The notes under the pieces are model-generated. The model worked only from the letters and a program-made list of their open reading frames with translations, had not been told where the DNA came from and ran no database searches. Below, one piece after another: positions 14,191-28,479 of a stretch of 64,000 bases of DNA. The DNA comes from Lytechinus pictus (Eukaryota), in the NCBI RefSeq assembly GCF_037042905.1, contig NC_087252.1, positions 5,954,001-6,018,000 of the forward strand, in the 5' to 3' direction. A program made the position numbers and the translations under genes. Position 1 is the stretch's first letter. Every line of letters begins with the position of its first letter.

Positions 14191-17100
14191 TATTGAATGG
14201 TCTTTTATGTGCGAGATTCACCTTCATTTTACCAACCCTTATCATGTTTATCTTCTCATGTGCCATAGGGCTTCATGCATCCAACCATTGTTAGATCATA
14301 GCTTTTTTTATAAAGAGCAAAGACGGTTATTCGAAGCCATGGGAGAGGATGTGGTTGGGGGCCCAGATGCTAATTCGACGGAAACTTGAAGAATAACACC
14401 GCAAACATCGTTACGGGGGACCAACCCATGAATTCAAACAAGAGCTGTTTTATGCAGGAGTAACCAGCAAAAAAGTATGTACATTTACGCTTCTTTTATC
14501 GCTCTGCACCAGTTTCTTCTTCTTATTATTTTGTTTAATAAATACATATTTCGCTTATGGTGTGCAAAAGCAGCGATCAAGTTATGTACAACTAGTGCTG
14601 TCAGTAATTATAAAATAAGTATTTATCAGCAAATTTGGGACAATGTTGAATATCTTACTCTATATCGATCCCATTGAATTGTTCTAAGTATCTACCATAT
14701 GTCATAAGACTGAAAGTTAACTTCCAAAATACATGTTCGTATCAATACAAAAACCTAGAATCCGACTCGTTTTATGAATCGAATCCTTTTGATATTACAT
14801 TACAACGTCGCAATTTGTACAGTTGTCATTTGAGCTTTCAGTTCGAATATTTTCCTCAATAACACACAATGGCTCCAGTCGAATCTGATGCGATCCATGA
14901 ATTTTGAAGCGTAAATATATACCTGCCTCATCGAAGCTATTCCGATCATGGAAACGTCACATTGGCGAAACAAGCTCCAGACCGATTGAATCCATTGCGC
15001 TATTACTAGTGGCATAATATCGATCGATTTTAGTCGATTAACGAGCTGTGACAGGGGCATTAACAGCGATTCTGCTGTGAACGAGGTTAATCTTCAATTT
15101 TCTAGTCCTCGTTTGTCCCTGTATCCCTGGTGTCAGTATTGTGTAATCTCTTCCCATGTGCTCCAATACAGAGATGGACAGGTATATATTCGTCTTGAAA
15201 ATCCATTTACCAAAGATTACGCATTATTTGCAATTTGGGGATACACCTGATGAATATTTTCATTGTATGCCGAAAGATTAGTATAATCCCCTTCGTGATA
15301 CTTTATTCTACCTGATTTGGTGGGGGCTGGCGCACGACGGTATATCGCATTTACTACATAATTATAATGCACGATAGTGAGGAATATAATTTACACGCCA
15401 GAACTTCACTGTTCAAGTGGATGGTCCAATATATACTTAATTTACATTCAGAGCGATTTCAATCCCCAAAAGGATACCAGGGAAATAAAATCAGCAAATC
15501 GGTTTTATTTACCCAAACCTTTATCCCAACGAAATTGGAAAGCGTATAATAAAGCTTGATAACATGTAGCCCCATCGCATATATCGGATTTTTGAATTGT
15601 AGAACAATAGATTCCCCACAATGCAGTTGGTATCATCAATATCAATAATTTTGAATAGGTTTTATTGATTTAATACTCATCGTTTCGGTCAAAATTGCCC
15701 CATGACTGGTGTGATACGGCTTTGCACTTGTACATGTAATTGTTTGATTTAGCTATGGAAAGCAGAATCTGGCAGGAATCTGTATCAGTATCATTTCATT
15801 TTTATGGTAATATGGGATATACTAATGAAAAATACGAAATGTACTTTTGTTCATCGTGAGAAAAGAACCAATTAAAGCATAAGTTGCTTGTTAAGTAACC
15901 AAATTATTGGATTTTATCAATTTCACATAATTTTAGGACTGACTTATAGAATACTTTAAGTTGGATCATAATTAAACATATAGGACCTGAATATTAACCT
16001 AGGATTTCTTTTTTAAACAGACTGTTATTCTGAAGAAAAAAACACTGATGGATTGAATATGAAACTTGTTTCAGTTTTGCAATAAATATATAAAATGTAA
16101 TGTATTTAATGTGGGTCTATACAACCAAAGCCCCAGGTTCAAATCCTGCCTTAGAAGATGTTTTATCAACCTTGGCAAATTTGACTACCAAAATATGGTC
16201 CATGTGACATTGTATCATCTGAATTAAATTAATTCAACAGCTATATAAACATCGCACAAATAAACAACACGCAATCGTGTTTGATCCGACACCGATATCA
16301 TATGCAGTCCCTCGTATACATTTCTATGTTATGATTCATCACGTCAGGCCTTCTACCGGTTGTTTCATTTTGATTTATTCCAAGCATGACCCAGAGTCTT
16401 TATCAACCAATTTCACTTGTTTCCCGAATCTAATGAATAAGATTAAGCGTGAGTGCTATATTCCATAACAATCAGTGCAATAACTGATTTCACGCAGTTT
16501 GTTCGCGGAAGGGATGTGTTCACTCGGAGAAATTTAATCAGGTTGGATCAGGATTAAGTGAACTCACTGCTATACGTGTATTTTTACGAGTGGATATTTT
16601 ATGGACATGTCAATAGAGGTTTGATGAAGATTTCATGAGATTCACAACGAATTAGACTGAGGCTTGATTTAAAACAACATTTTCTTGTGGGAATCATACA
16701 AATCAATAATTTGAACATGCTGAAATACGACATGCCTGAAATAAAAATCGAGCCAAAACCGTCGATTACAATGTAACGCTAGAAATAAAATATACACCAT
16801 GCACGCCGCTAATAAATCAGAATGAATATATAAATATATTGAAATAAAACATATTTTCATTTTAAAAATGTGTATCATGATACTGGTAAATAATTTTTAC
16901 ATAATGTCATATCTTATCAATCTGATATGTGTGCACAAAATGAACTATAATGGCAACATCACAATGACGAGAAAGGTAAAATAAGGAATCGACCACAAAG
17001 TTATATTTGATAACAGCGTGTTATAAGTCTCATTTTATTACAAATAATGAAAAACAAATCCTTCCTATTAAAAAAGGGAAACGCGAGGACGATTCAAATA

Positions 17101-18127
17101 ATCTTTAATTTGATGCATATTACATTGTCTAAAGTGTACCTTTTATAAATAGGGACATGCTTCTCACCGATTGACCGTGAATGTCTATTGCAGGATATTA
17201 ATCAATTTGATGAATAACTCAGCAAATGAAAATATCCTTGCTAACGCTAACGTTGTGAGGAAAGCATTACACACTATTACAATAATTGCTCATTTATCAA
17301 ATCAATTAAGTCGGTGCTATCAATTTTTATTCAACTCGAGGTAACCTCAATTTATTTTGAGTCCTGTCTATTTATTTTAAAAATACAAGGGCATAGGCAA
17401 GTTCATTTACATGTTATTTGCTGTAACGGTCTACCGGTTTGTACTCCTTTTTTGTGTTCCCTGTTTGATATTTTGAAAAAAAAGGATAAGGGTAGATATA
17501 TCCCTGTAGCTACCCCTGTGTTTCAATAATTCTGATTGCTTCATTCTGCTCCGTGCTATTCTGTTTTTCTTTACATCCCAAGTTGCCGAATCGCCGCTTA
17601 AACTAATAAGAGATTGTGTTTCGAGGATGCCATCAATCACATTGCCAGCTTCTTGAATAAGTTAAGAAATCGCTGAATACAAATTCGATTCCGTTCTCTT
17701 TAAAGGGGAATGAGTGCTTCTTTTCAAGGGCGAAACTTAGTGTTGAAATATCACAGTATCGGTTGAGATTCAACTCTCAAGATATTTCAGATTGAAATAA
17801 GAATATAAGCCTCATTTTGCTATATCCCTGCGAGCTGTGACCGTCTTGATGTGTTTATTTAAGTTCCTGAATTGTTGTTATAATCACAGTTTCGTAATTC
17901 TATAATCTACACAGGCTTATATCCCTAATATTCTAAATGACTTATTTTTTCTCACATCATTAATTAAAGACGGCTTCCTAGAAGAAACATCCAAGGTCGG
18001 TTATTTTCCAATTTTTAAACATGATCCTCAAAGTTATTAATACCCTCTGGTATGAGTAACGAAAGTAGAAATGAGGGAGGAATCAACTCTTGCAATTGTA
18101 GTAAAAGTAAAAGCAATATGAATAGAA

Positions 18128-18278
18128 GTAGCAGCAGCATTAGTGGTAGTAGGAGTAGTATATGGAAGTAGTATGTAGTAGCAGTAGTTGTAGTAGTAGT
18201 AGAAGTAGTGATAATGGTAGTAGTAGTAGTAATAGTAGTAGTAGTAGTAGTAGTAGTGGTAGTAGTAGTAATAGTAGC

Positions 18279-18310
<32 letters not shown>

Positions 18311-18393
18311 TAGTAATAGTAGTAGAAGTAGTAGTACTGGTGGTGGTAGTGGTAGTAGTAGTAGTAGTAGAAGAAGAAGTAGTAGTAGTAGTA

Positions 18394-18459
<66 letters not shown>
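18128..18459 (+). repeat. Imperfect (GTA)n microsatellite
   Basis: Direct reading; gives the poly-Ser, poly-Val and poly-Leu pseudo-ORFs. Confidence 0.97.
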
Positions 18460-19249
18460 CTGTTACCTTTATCACGTTATTTTCATTAATATCATTTTGT
18501 GAATGAACGAAATTAGAGAAAAAGAAAAAGACTCGTAAGCAACAGCTGTCTCAAATACTGACAAAGTATATCATCAGCTCGGTGAAAAGTTATTCTAATT
18601 TAACACAGGACTGTTCTAATGGCTATTTGAAAGGGGTTTGAAGAACTACTAATCGGCTATGTGCTTGTGTTTGGGAAGGTAGCATTCCCTATGAGTTACA
18701 AGCAAGCATCAAACAAACGATGGTTTACGTTCTTTCCGAAGAACGAGTTAGTGATGAATAGTACTTTATCTGATAACTGATGCTTAAAAATCTAAACGAA
18801 CAAGGGCACAGTTGAAACTAGCATTATGATTTGCAATTTGGTATACAACTTGATCTACTCCTGAAACAATCTCTATTTTCCTACATTATGAGAAAAAATT
18901 ACACCCGACCACCACATCCCCTTCTTCCTCCGAATTCTCCAGCTATAAATATCTATGTTATACCCTATATAAAAACCATCATGTGGTTTGGATCATACAT
19001 GAATTGATATCAAAATGACAGATGTCGCCACCTTTTTATATCCCCATATTGCGCCGATTTTTGCATATTCATTGACTTATTCCTATAGCAACTTACTTGC
19101 CTACATGTCACCATCGTCTTATCTTATATCGGCTACTGTCTCTTAAAAGAAGAGTAGCACCACGAGGGTGTAGTGGCTGCCCTCCCTGCCCCCGTATGAT
19201 TGTTTCAGTGACAAACAAAAATGAAAAAAAGAAGAGTCGTCTAAAAAGG

Positions 19250-19703
19250 AAACGTCCAGGTCATGTTCAAAAGATTATCCAAAACATGCTTTCTTGACAG
19301 ATTGTGATTAATTTCCTTCAATATGTATTTTCAGTTGATGTATTTGCATTTAAGTTGATGACTTACTCATTTATGTTTAGTATTTTCATATGTGGGTGGA
19401 TGTGGTCGTGGTTGTGTGTATATATGTGTGTTTGTAATAGTTTTCAATTCTATTTTTAGCATCTTAACCTTCTCTCCTTGTGTATCTTGAAGATTAGTAT
19501 ATCCTATGTTTTATGTTAATAATCATAAGTATTCCAGGGCCCTACTCACAAGCTTTGCTTTTAAATGGGTCCTAAAACCAATTCGTCTATGCTATAATCT
19601 AATTGATGTATGTTTATGGACTTATTTGCGTTGTAGGTATATCTATTTTGATTATGATGTGATGTTTTTGGTTTTGAATAAAACCTGAACTTGAACTTGA
19701 ACT
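19250..19703 (+). mobile_element. 5'-truncated CR1/L2-group LINE 3' end
   Basis: 19266-19307 translates to FKRLSKTCFLDRL*, resembling the FK..LK..L C-terminal motif of CR1/L2 ORF2. It is followed by a T-rich 3' UTR, a stem-loop GGGCCTA...AAGCTTTGCTT...TGGGTCC, then AATAAA and a (CTTGAA)n tail. Confidence 0.6.
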
Positions 19704-19710
19704 AACTCTA

Positions 19711-20655
19711 CAGTGCGTATCAAAAACAAGTTTACACTTTGAAAAATACAACATGTGGGTAATATTTTCGCATATAATCTTGGGTTTGGGTCCCATCTAT
19801 TCAATGAAAGTAAACGTTTTGACAGGATTTTACACTTGAGTGAGCACTGTCCATTTTTGTAAAGCTCGCATAAATCTGTTTGCGCAGAAATGCTCGTTTT
19901 CAAGGGGAAAGGGCCAAATCAAACTTACCCTGCGAAAATTTTATCATACATTTCCCTTGCACGTTTAGTCAATTGAAATAAAACGGATACATTCAAGCAT
20001 TTTGTAACAACTTTGCCACCCAAATTGAAATTTCAACATTTAGTAGGCACAACCTTTACCCTTTTTGTGCCAGCTGGATCTGAGGACATAACTGAATCTG
20101 AACAAAAGTTTATATCAGACATCTCCAGCATTTTTTCACTGAGTTTTTATCATTTAAAGTGGGTTTACATTTAATACTTGTTTCTCCACAATTTTCCCAA
20201 GCTTGACAATGATTAACAAAATTAAAATCAAGCCTAAGCCATTTCATGTAAATCACAGCTCATTGTAAAGCAAATATCGTCTCGATGGCCTCGGTGTGTG
20301 GGGGAGTGGGGTGGGGTGCAATGCGCTCTTCGAAGTGTTCTGGGCAAGGAAATAAGTTTAAAAAGGTAAAAGATATCTTCAAATCAATTTTACTAGCTAA
20401 ATTCCATAATTTCTTCATGATTAAGGTCTACTTTTAATTGCATAACTAATTCAAAGTTCTGCGCAAATAGTTTTTCACTAAATTTTCAAAAGTAAGTGGT
20501 GCTCACTCAAGCGAAAATATTTTTCGACAGTTATATCTTCATTTGCTTAAATGGATCTGTACCAATGTTAAAATGTGGAAAAATCTTCAGAATATTACAA
20601 ATGTATAATTTTACAGGATTTTTTTCAAAGTGTAAACTTTTTTTGATACGCACTG
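19711..20655 (+). mobile_element. Non-autonomous Tc1/mariner-type element, copy 1 (945 bp)
   Basis: ~35-bp TIRs CAGTGCGTATCAAAAA(C)AAGTTTACACTTTGAAAAA; TA on both sides (19709-10, 20656-57); homologous along its length to 36881-37822; no transposase ORF. Confidence 0.93.
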
Positions 20656-22157
20656 TATAATACCCCTTTTTTATCTTCATTTTATATTTTTCATTAGAGA
20701 AAAAGGAGACGTCCTCTTTTTGAAGTCTTAACGAGCCCCCCTCTCTTTCAAAATATGTAATCGCCGTTTCCAATAAAAAGATGTAAAGGTACATATTAGT
20801 GTTGTGATTGATTGGAGTTGGGGAATGGCTAGAAACCTGGTTTTTTTTTTAGGGCTTACTGGCGAGGTGACTCTTTTGAAGCTAACGCTATTCTTTGATA
20901 CTGATTTAAAAAATCGTGTTTATAAGAATCATTCTCGCATAATATTTCCCGTCATAATGAGGAATGAGCACTTCCTAATAGAAAACCATGGGCGATTTTT
21001 TCACTTTATTTGCAAATTGAAAAAAAAATTGAATAAGAAAAAAAAACGAGATTCATATAAAGTTGGATTCAAAGATCGTGTCCAGGCTATGGAATAGGAG
21101 AAAACGACATTCAATATTGGCGTGCATGTACCTTGTTGTTTTCGTCTGTCATCCTATATCAGTATTGATGAGAAAGGACTGTCCGACATTTAAGTTTATG
21201 CCGAGAGTCTAGGCCTGTATTATAACCTGGTATATCCTACATCAAATGGCCCATTACAGTCCATCTGCAGTTTATGGTGTCGATATATTGCTGTAATGGT
21301 CGATATTTTATTTATGTCGTACTATTAATCCAAATGGAAATTGGATGCACCCCTCCCTCTATCCTGATTCACTCCGGTGCCCCCCCCCCTTCCCTTGTTT
21401 ATCTTTTTCTATTTATTTTTCGCTCAACAAAATGTTTTCATCTCCCTCTTTACCGTCGTTTTCTCTCATTTGATATCATTCCATCGTAATATTATTGATG
21501 AATCCCCCCATCAACAATCTTCCTCTCTCAAGCTCTCCCCCATTCACCCCTCTTTCTTTCTGCTAAATGTAAGGGCCCAGCCCGCCCTGCAATCCCAGCT
21601 TTGGTAAACCTGTTTTCAATCAACAACGTATATGAATTTATACAATTTCGTTTAACACAAGCTATATTATTTTTTTTCTTCATGAAAAAAGAAAATATAT
21701 ATGATATATATAGTGTATGTATATATGTACTGCGTCATTGGTATTCTAGACACGTTGAATTGCATACGTCTAGACAGCCTGTTTCCAAGAGCAATTTCTC
21801 AAGGTCTAAATTGTGCACTTGATAATTCTAAGGATGGGTTTATAATTGGTATGCTGGAGAGGGTGATTATGGCCCCTGTGATAATGTTTTACCTAGTGTT
21901 TGTGGTAGATAATGGTAGGGAAGTTGGGTATACAGAATGGGGTGACAAGGCCTGCGGGTTTTTCTTTTATGTAGAATAAGTCAAATATCTGAATGACTTT
22001 TCTTATTTAACTTTCATTAACGCACTGTATATAATTCGTATACACCTGCCTACCTGGACTTCTACTACACAAATACACCCACACACACACACACAAGCAC
22101 ACACACAATTTTAATTGCTAGATTCCTTGGCAGTTAAATGAGGCGAATCGTTAGCCG

Positions 22158-22370
22158 AAGAGAAGGAGAAGGGTGAGAGTATGGAGGGGGACAAGAAGTA
22201 AAAGAAGAAAAGGAGGAAGAAGAAGAAGAAATAGAAGGGAAGGAGAGGAAGAAGCAAAGGAAGAAGAAGAAAAAGAAGAAGAAGTAGGAAGAAGATAAAG
22301 TCTTTAAAAACGAGAGAAAAATAGGACAGGAGGAAACCCTCAAACAGAGATGAAAGGGGTGTTAAGAGGA
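22158..22370 (+). repeat. Polypurine (GAA)n-rich tract
   Basis: Direct reading. Confidence 0.85.
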
Positions 22371-22631
22371 TATCGTGATAATAATGGGACTGTAGATGGA
22401 CACAGATGTTGTCAGAACGTTTTTGTAATTCCCGTCTATTGCAACGCTAATTAGCCGAAATTAACGGCTAATACCTGTCGCATTTAGCCGTCTTTAACCA
22501 CTAATAAATAACAATTCAAATAAAGCAACCTTCAGTGGCTCATATCTCGTTGTTTATTTCAAGTTCATTGACTCTATCATGTCTTTAAAACTTTATAAAT
22601 CTGGAAATTATTCTTATCCTACTTGCAAATA

Positions 22632-22798
22632 ATACCTCGGTCACATTTGCTCTACGGCGCCCGTACGGCGATTCGAAAACAGTCGTTTTATTCATTCTTA
22701 TTTAAACCACTTATAATGTAGCTGGTACAAAAAAAATGTTAAAACGGCTGTTTTCGACTTGCCGTACGGCCGCCATAGAGCAAATGTGACCGAAGTAT
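22632..22798. mobile_element. Short palindromic MITE (~167 bp)
   Basis: ~58-bp inverted arms ATACCTCGGTCACATTTGCTCTACGGCGCCCGTACGGCG... / ...GCCGTACGGCCGCCATAGAGCAAATGTGACCGAAGTAT around an AT-rich spacer; TSD unclear. Confidence 0.85.
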
Positions 22799-23400
22799 CT
22801 GTAGCAGTGGCTTCAGTCATACCATCGATACCAACTCCAACCCGACCGATTCCTCGTCATTAGTTATACATTGTAAGTAATAACGTATGCGAATTACATA
22901 GCTCGTATCGCTCTGAAGTCGGTCTATCTGATGCTACTGTACCAATATTCCATAGTAATAAACGCTTTACCTCGCGGAAAGATTATGAGTCTGTCTGTAT
23001 TGACTTGGTGTACTGCCATATTAATTACCGTCTGATTAAAACCATAACGTGACTAGAAATCGACCATCATCCTTTGAACTACTACTTGAATAATCTAAAT
23101 GCAATCGGGGATATAAAATGAGATCGCTGCCCATAACTTGCAGCCCATGCTTTTTATTTTATTATGAATGTATAATTACCTCTTCAATTTAGTTTGTCTC
23201 CTGAGCTATCATATAAAAATGGATTATGGTTGATTGGTCAGATATTACACATTATTTCTTCACTCCTCAACTCTCTCTCTCCATATATCTCACATTCTCC
23301 CTCTCTCTGTGTCTGCCTCTCTTTCTCTCTGTATTGACCCCCCCCCTCTCTCTCTCTCTCTCTCTTAGTCTCTTTATCATTTTTTTTTTCTCATTCTGAG

Positions 23401-23658
23401 TCTTATTTGTGTATATATAATGCCTTATTTTGTTTTGTTTTGTTGTGATTATTTTTATAAGAAAATGTTTTAGTTCTCTTTATGTTACGAATTACGTGTT
23501 TTATGAACGTAGATAATATTACAGAGCCCCGCGGAAGACCAGTGATCCAGTGATTTTTATGAAGTTTTAATTGTACATATTGTGTAATTTGACATTATTG
23601 TTTTTATAAAGCTGAACATGCTACTCTGGATAAAGATTTGAAATAAGTAAATAAATAA
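23401..23658 (+). mobile_element. Probable LINE (L2/Crack/CR1-group) 3' UTR remnant
   Basis: T-rich segment, then CAGAG-CCCCGCGGAAGACCAG...CTGAACATGCTA-CTCTG pairing potential, ending in an (AAAT)n-like tail. No coding remnant visible. Confidence 0.4.
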
Positions 23659-26556
23659 CTTGATATAATACTCGCTTCATCTATACGATACTCGCCTAAT
23701 GAAAATCATGGCCATGCATGGTATATGTTTTAATATGAACAGCACTAGAGACTCGAAGTGATTGCCTTCAACTTACAAACAACATGGCGTTTAAAAATAG
23801 TAAGAACAATCTGAAACTAATACAGTGTAGATTGGATGAGGAGCCAAGGACTAAACAATGTAATGTTTGCGTGTGTAATTAGTTTTATGTACGTGTAGAT
23901 AAAAAAAAAGGTTTGGTATTTCAGTAAACAGGTTATTTTGCCATCTGGTCATGACCATGACGCGAAACTTTTCTCACAGGTACAAGAACATGCGCCCGTA
24001 CGAAATATTTCTATTGGTGAATTTTCATGCTTTTAAATCTCTCTGTCTTCAACCATGTCAAAACTCACTTTGATTGAAATAAACGATTTCACATTTATTA
24101 TGGAGAACCTATCACTGTTATCTGGGTTAGGATTATCAATAGATAGATTGCATACATAAAAATGATATCCATGACTAACATATGTTGATTGAAACTTTCA
24201 ATCAAACCTAATTTACTGCCATTGATTACACGGCAGCCAAAAAAATCCAATTGACTCCACGAACCAGTTTCAAACAATATCTTTATGACAAACTTAATCC
24301 ATGTCCTAATCCTTTCTGAATCCCCGTTAACTCTGGCAGAAATCCAGTTGCAATTTTAAAACCATTAAGACAAATTTCGACAATTCAAGCTTGAATTTTC
24401 GATGTCAATGAATTCTGGTCCTTGCAATCAATTAAAGCATGCGTTTGGCTATTATAATATCAATCGTGTGTGAATTTAAAATTAGCTATGCTGAATACTG
24501 ATTATATAATGATATGGCTGAAGATGACAAAAACGATGATGATAGCCTTGATAAAGGCTAAAACTAGATTTCGATTACTGGTTACCGGTAGCTGTGAATA
24601 ACATACAATTGTCTTATTTTAAAAATTTCTTAAGATTTGCCCTTTTATCGACCAGAACTATATAGAGGGTTGACGTGATCTTTAAAGATACTAACAATTT
24701 TATTTTATTCAGTGAAAACAACATAACATTCGTGTTTTTCTTGATTCACCATCTATCTCACCTACCTTCTTATATACATAATGATATATCAAAACTGATT
24801 CGCATTAAATCTTGCGCTGCCAATATCAAAGAAAATTTTAAAAATTAAATCAGAAATACTGGTATAAGGAAAGTAATGACATACCTTCTTGACTTAGAAC
24901 AAGCCAGGGTTCACCAATGACTCCGTCTGTCAGAGCAAAAGAGAAAAAAATATACATTAATATTATGTTACATTTGACATGGAAGAAAAAAATAAATAAG
25001 TAGCGTCTCGCGAAGCTTCAAATAAGTTATTTTTACCAACAGATAGCTCAGAATCATTAATGTTTATGTAGCCTAATCGTTGATAATGCATTACTGCTCT
25101 GACTGTCAAAGGATAATAAAAATTATGTTTATTCATTCATGAAATTTAAAATGATTGCATACCAAACTCAATCATGACGTATGTTCAAGAGCACTATCAG
25201 ACTGCGTCACAGCGACGTTGAAATGCATCCCGATTTACTTCATGCGATAACGAAAACGGGTGCATTATGCTTCCGAGCAAAGTCCCGAATTTCTCAAAAG
25301 ATTGATTGGCCACCATATTTCTAACCAAAATAAATAATATGTATGAGAAAGGTTTATATTTTTTAGATATGCATCATGGATGTCATGCATTAAATCATAT
25401 TTGCCTTTGGAACAAGATTTACGGTGTGGCCTGGCACTTTAAAGGAGAGTTTACCTTTGCGATTCCTATCCCGTCTTTTTTTAAAAGTCATTCGGATTTT
25501 GTATTATTATTATTATGTATGAGACTGTGTTGTTCGCCTGGACGGTAATTTTCTCCCTTTTGGGAGAGACACGGAACGCATAGTCAATGTTTTTAAAGCA
25601 GAAAGTAAAACTACTGAAAATGAACGAGTGGACGATAGCGTGTACCTGCATAATTGCCTTCTCAAACGCCATTTCAAATTTGCATTATTGAGGCACACTG
25701 AGTAAGTACTTAATATGTTATATTTTCACTTCATTGACTCGGCAATGAGTGAAAGAGCACGTTTAATACACAAATCAAATAATAAAGATGGAAAGCAATG
25801 TTGGGAGGTGTTCATATGAAGACGACAAATAAACATGAAGGCATTGACTATTCATGAATAGGAGATTCGTTGAGCGCCTCTATATTTTTCTTTATTGAAA
25901 AGACTTTGCTTTGCCGGGCGAATACTGCTGAAGAAACAAGAAGGGATGGTCTAATTGAACGGCAGAGCGAGCATGATGGAATATACAACTCCCCGGAGCA
26001 ACAGACTGCGAGTCTTTCAGATGGAAATCAGCCCTGGCTTCCCGCAAGCGAAAGGTTCCGTTTTACTAGGTCGCTAGGAACATTAAGATTATTATCATTC
26101 ATTACAGGCGAGTTTTCCCGCCACTTCATATATCAGGTGACAAGGTAACATGTGGAAAGGAGCTGATCACGTGCTTAGATAAGAAACAAACATGAGCGAG
26201 TTAGGATGAAATGTAGACGAAGCCCCATGGTCGCCGCTAGGATGCCCCATAGACAGAGGTATACCATGTATACGGAAGAGCCAACCGATGAAGAGGCAAC
26301 CGGCATTGATAATCCGTTTCTGTATAGAGTTATACAATCACTTTCCTTCGTCATGCTGTACCGAAAGCCAATAGTCTACCAAACAATATGGACAAGGTTT
26401 TACCAGTTGGTTAAGGTTCCGTTATGTGAAATGACTTGGGAATCTCCTTAAATGCCAATCGACATGATCTTAAAGAAATGTGATATTTGTAACAAGCCAT
26501 CTCCAAACCAACATTATGATAATACAGTTCTCCATTCTAATATTTTGAACGACTTC

Positions 26557-26663
26557 CATGAAGGCAAAAGATCAAATTTTTCAAGTATTTAGCATGGTTC
26601 GCGCCCGGAGATCGAACCCACGACCTCCTGTACATGAGGCGGGTGCTATACTTATGAGCCACC
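26557..26663 (-). mobile_element. tRNA-derived SINE 5' fragment
   Basis: Minus strand reads GGTGGCTCATAAG (A-box-like)...GGAGGTCGTGGGTTCGATCTCCGG (B box) with tRNA-like spacing, then a non-tRNA body. No full cloverleaf. Confidence 0.7.
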
Positions 26664-28479
26664 ATGTTCTGTCGTTCTTAGCTATGTTCTTAGCCCGTAC
26701 CGTAAATCATCCATACAAATGCGATGATGGTTATATATTTGCAAGATAGAAGAGTACTCCACTTAAAGGGAATATACCAAGTCCCTACGTTCCTAAAAGT
26801 TTATCCTAGTCTGTGTAATGTGTGATAGGAACTTCATATCTTCATTAGATGGCTGCGTTTAAAATCTTAGCCAATGAAAGTCGCGCAATGGCATCAAAAG
26901 ATACCCATTTCCCTTGGATCTGAGATCTGTCTGGTTTGTTGAGAATAAATGGCATATAAAATGCTACCCAGGGAGGCAATATCATGAATATTGCACAGTG
27001 CACTAATTTGTAAGATAATAAACATTCGTGATAATTGCTTCCTCTCATTTGTCTGAGAGAAATAAACCAAAATATCCACTGATCCTTGATAACGTACACA
27101 AAATTAAGACCTATAATAAGTATAGGGGTATGAATTTTCGTCACTATAATGCCCTGACATTCATTCAAGGCAAGAAAAAAATCAAAGTTTCCAAGTATCA
27201 TGAAGCTATTTACAACATGTGTGAGCATATGGGTTACCACGAACGATTCATGCTAATTGTACAGCATTACGTCTATCCTTTTCAGCGGTACTTTAACAGA
27301 ACAAACTATGGCATCATTGTAACGATGTGATGAAAATCATTTACAACTCACTCTACCCATCAAAATGATGAACTGGTTAAGGCGTTGATATTTCCAGACA
27401 AAGAGGTAAGTGGAACTTGGAACTGGGGCAATTTCATTAAAGTTCCATCAGCAATAATTCGATCACAATACCCCAGCCACGACAAGGGAAGTATGGCCCG
27501 ATTACAACACTTTATGGTTTTTTTTTTTCAGTTTCACTATTTGAACTGCATGATTTTATATCTCGTTGCAGACAAAACGATGGACGACTATTCTAATGAA
27601 ATATTCATTTCATTAGGGCGTTCATCAATTATTGATGAACCTAAGAGGTTACACTAACAGTCCGGTATGAATATGAAATCCGATATGGAAATAAATTATT
27701 CCTGTAACTAGATTGTCCTGCCATCCTCTAATCTCATTCAAATATTGAATTAATGAAAAAGAGAAGAGGCGTCAAAATGACCACCAGGTTCGTTTTGTTG
27801 GGAGACGGCTGCTATCGAACAGGTCAATATCTAGTACACGTGGAAACGTATAGCTTAAACAAACAAGAGGTAAAGGGATAGAGAGAGAGATAGAGAAGGG
27901 CATAGACATAGATACGGCATGGAAGGGGTGAGTATAAACCTGTATATTTTGTATTTCAACCCTTTCACAAAATTCCGTAAATTTATCATTTCTTTATCTG
28001 TTTGTCATAGGAAATCGACTAACACCTAGCATGTATTGATTATTTTAAACATTTACACACGCTAAAACATTTGCCAATATGAATGCAGTTTAAATCAATT
28101 ACACACTTTGTAATTATTGTCCAAATATGAAGACGATTAATTCAAAATTATAATAAAATTATTGAATACATCATGTGAAAATTACATATTAGTATACACA
28201 TGCTTTGAAAAAAAAGCAGAGTGCGTGGGAAGGTTTGGTGTCCATTGCAAATATCGTCAAAAGAGCTGCCCCCCCCCCCTACCCAACGAATCCAACAGCC
28301 AAATCCAGACCAGACTTAATGTGCAAAAGGATTACTATCAATCATGGAGACAAGGTACTTAGCAAACTTGAGTTATCACAAAAGAGAAATATCAATAAAT
28401 ATCCTACATGGCGTCACTACAGTCACTATATCACGGTAAATGGACGATGGGTAAAACGTGAGAAGAAAAATATGAACAG

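Noticed and set aside
18140..18506. Poly-Ser/Val/Leu ORFs
   Set aside because: Translations of the (GTA)n microsatellite.
26590..26663. tRNA gene
   Set aside because: A/B boxes are present but the acceptor and D stems do not pair properly; better explained as a SINE head.
26845..27330. Overlapping 131-aa and 100-aa ORFs
   Set aside because: No family motifs; composition mirrors AT-rich non-coding DNA.
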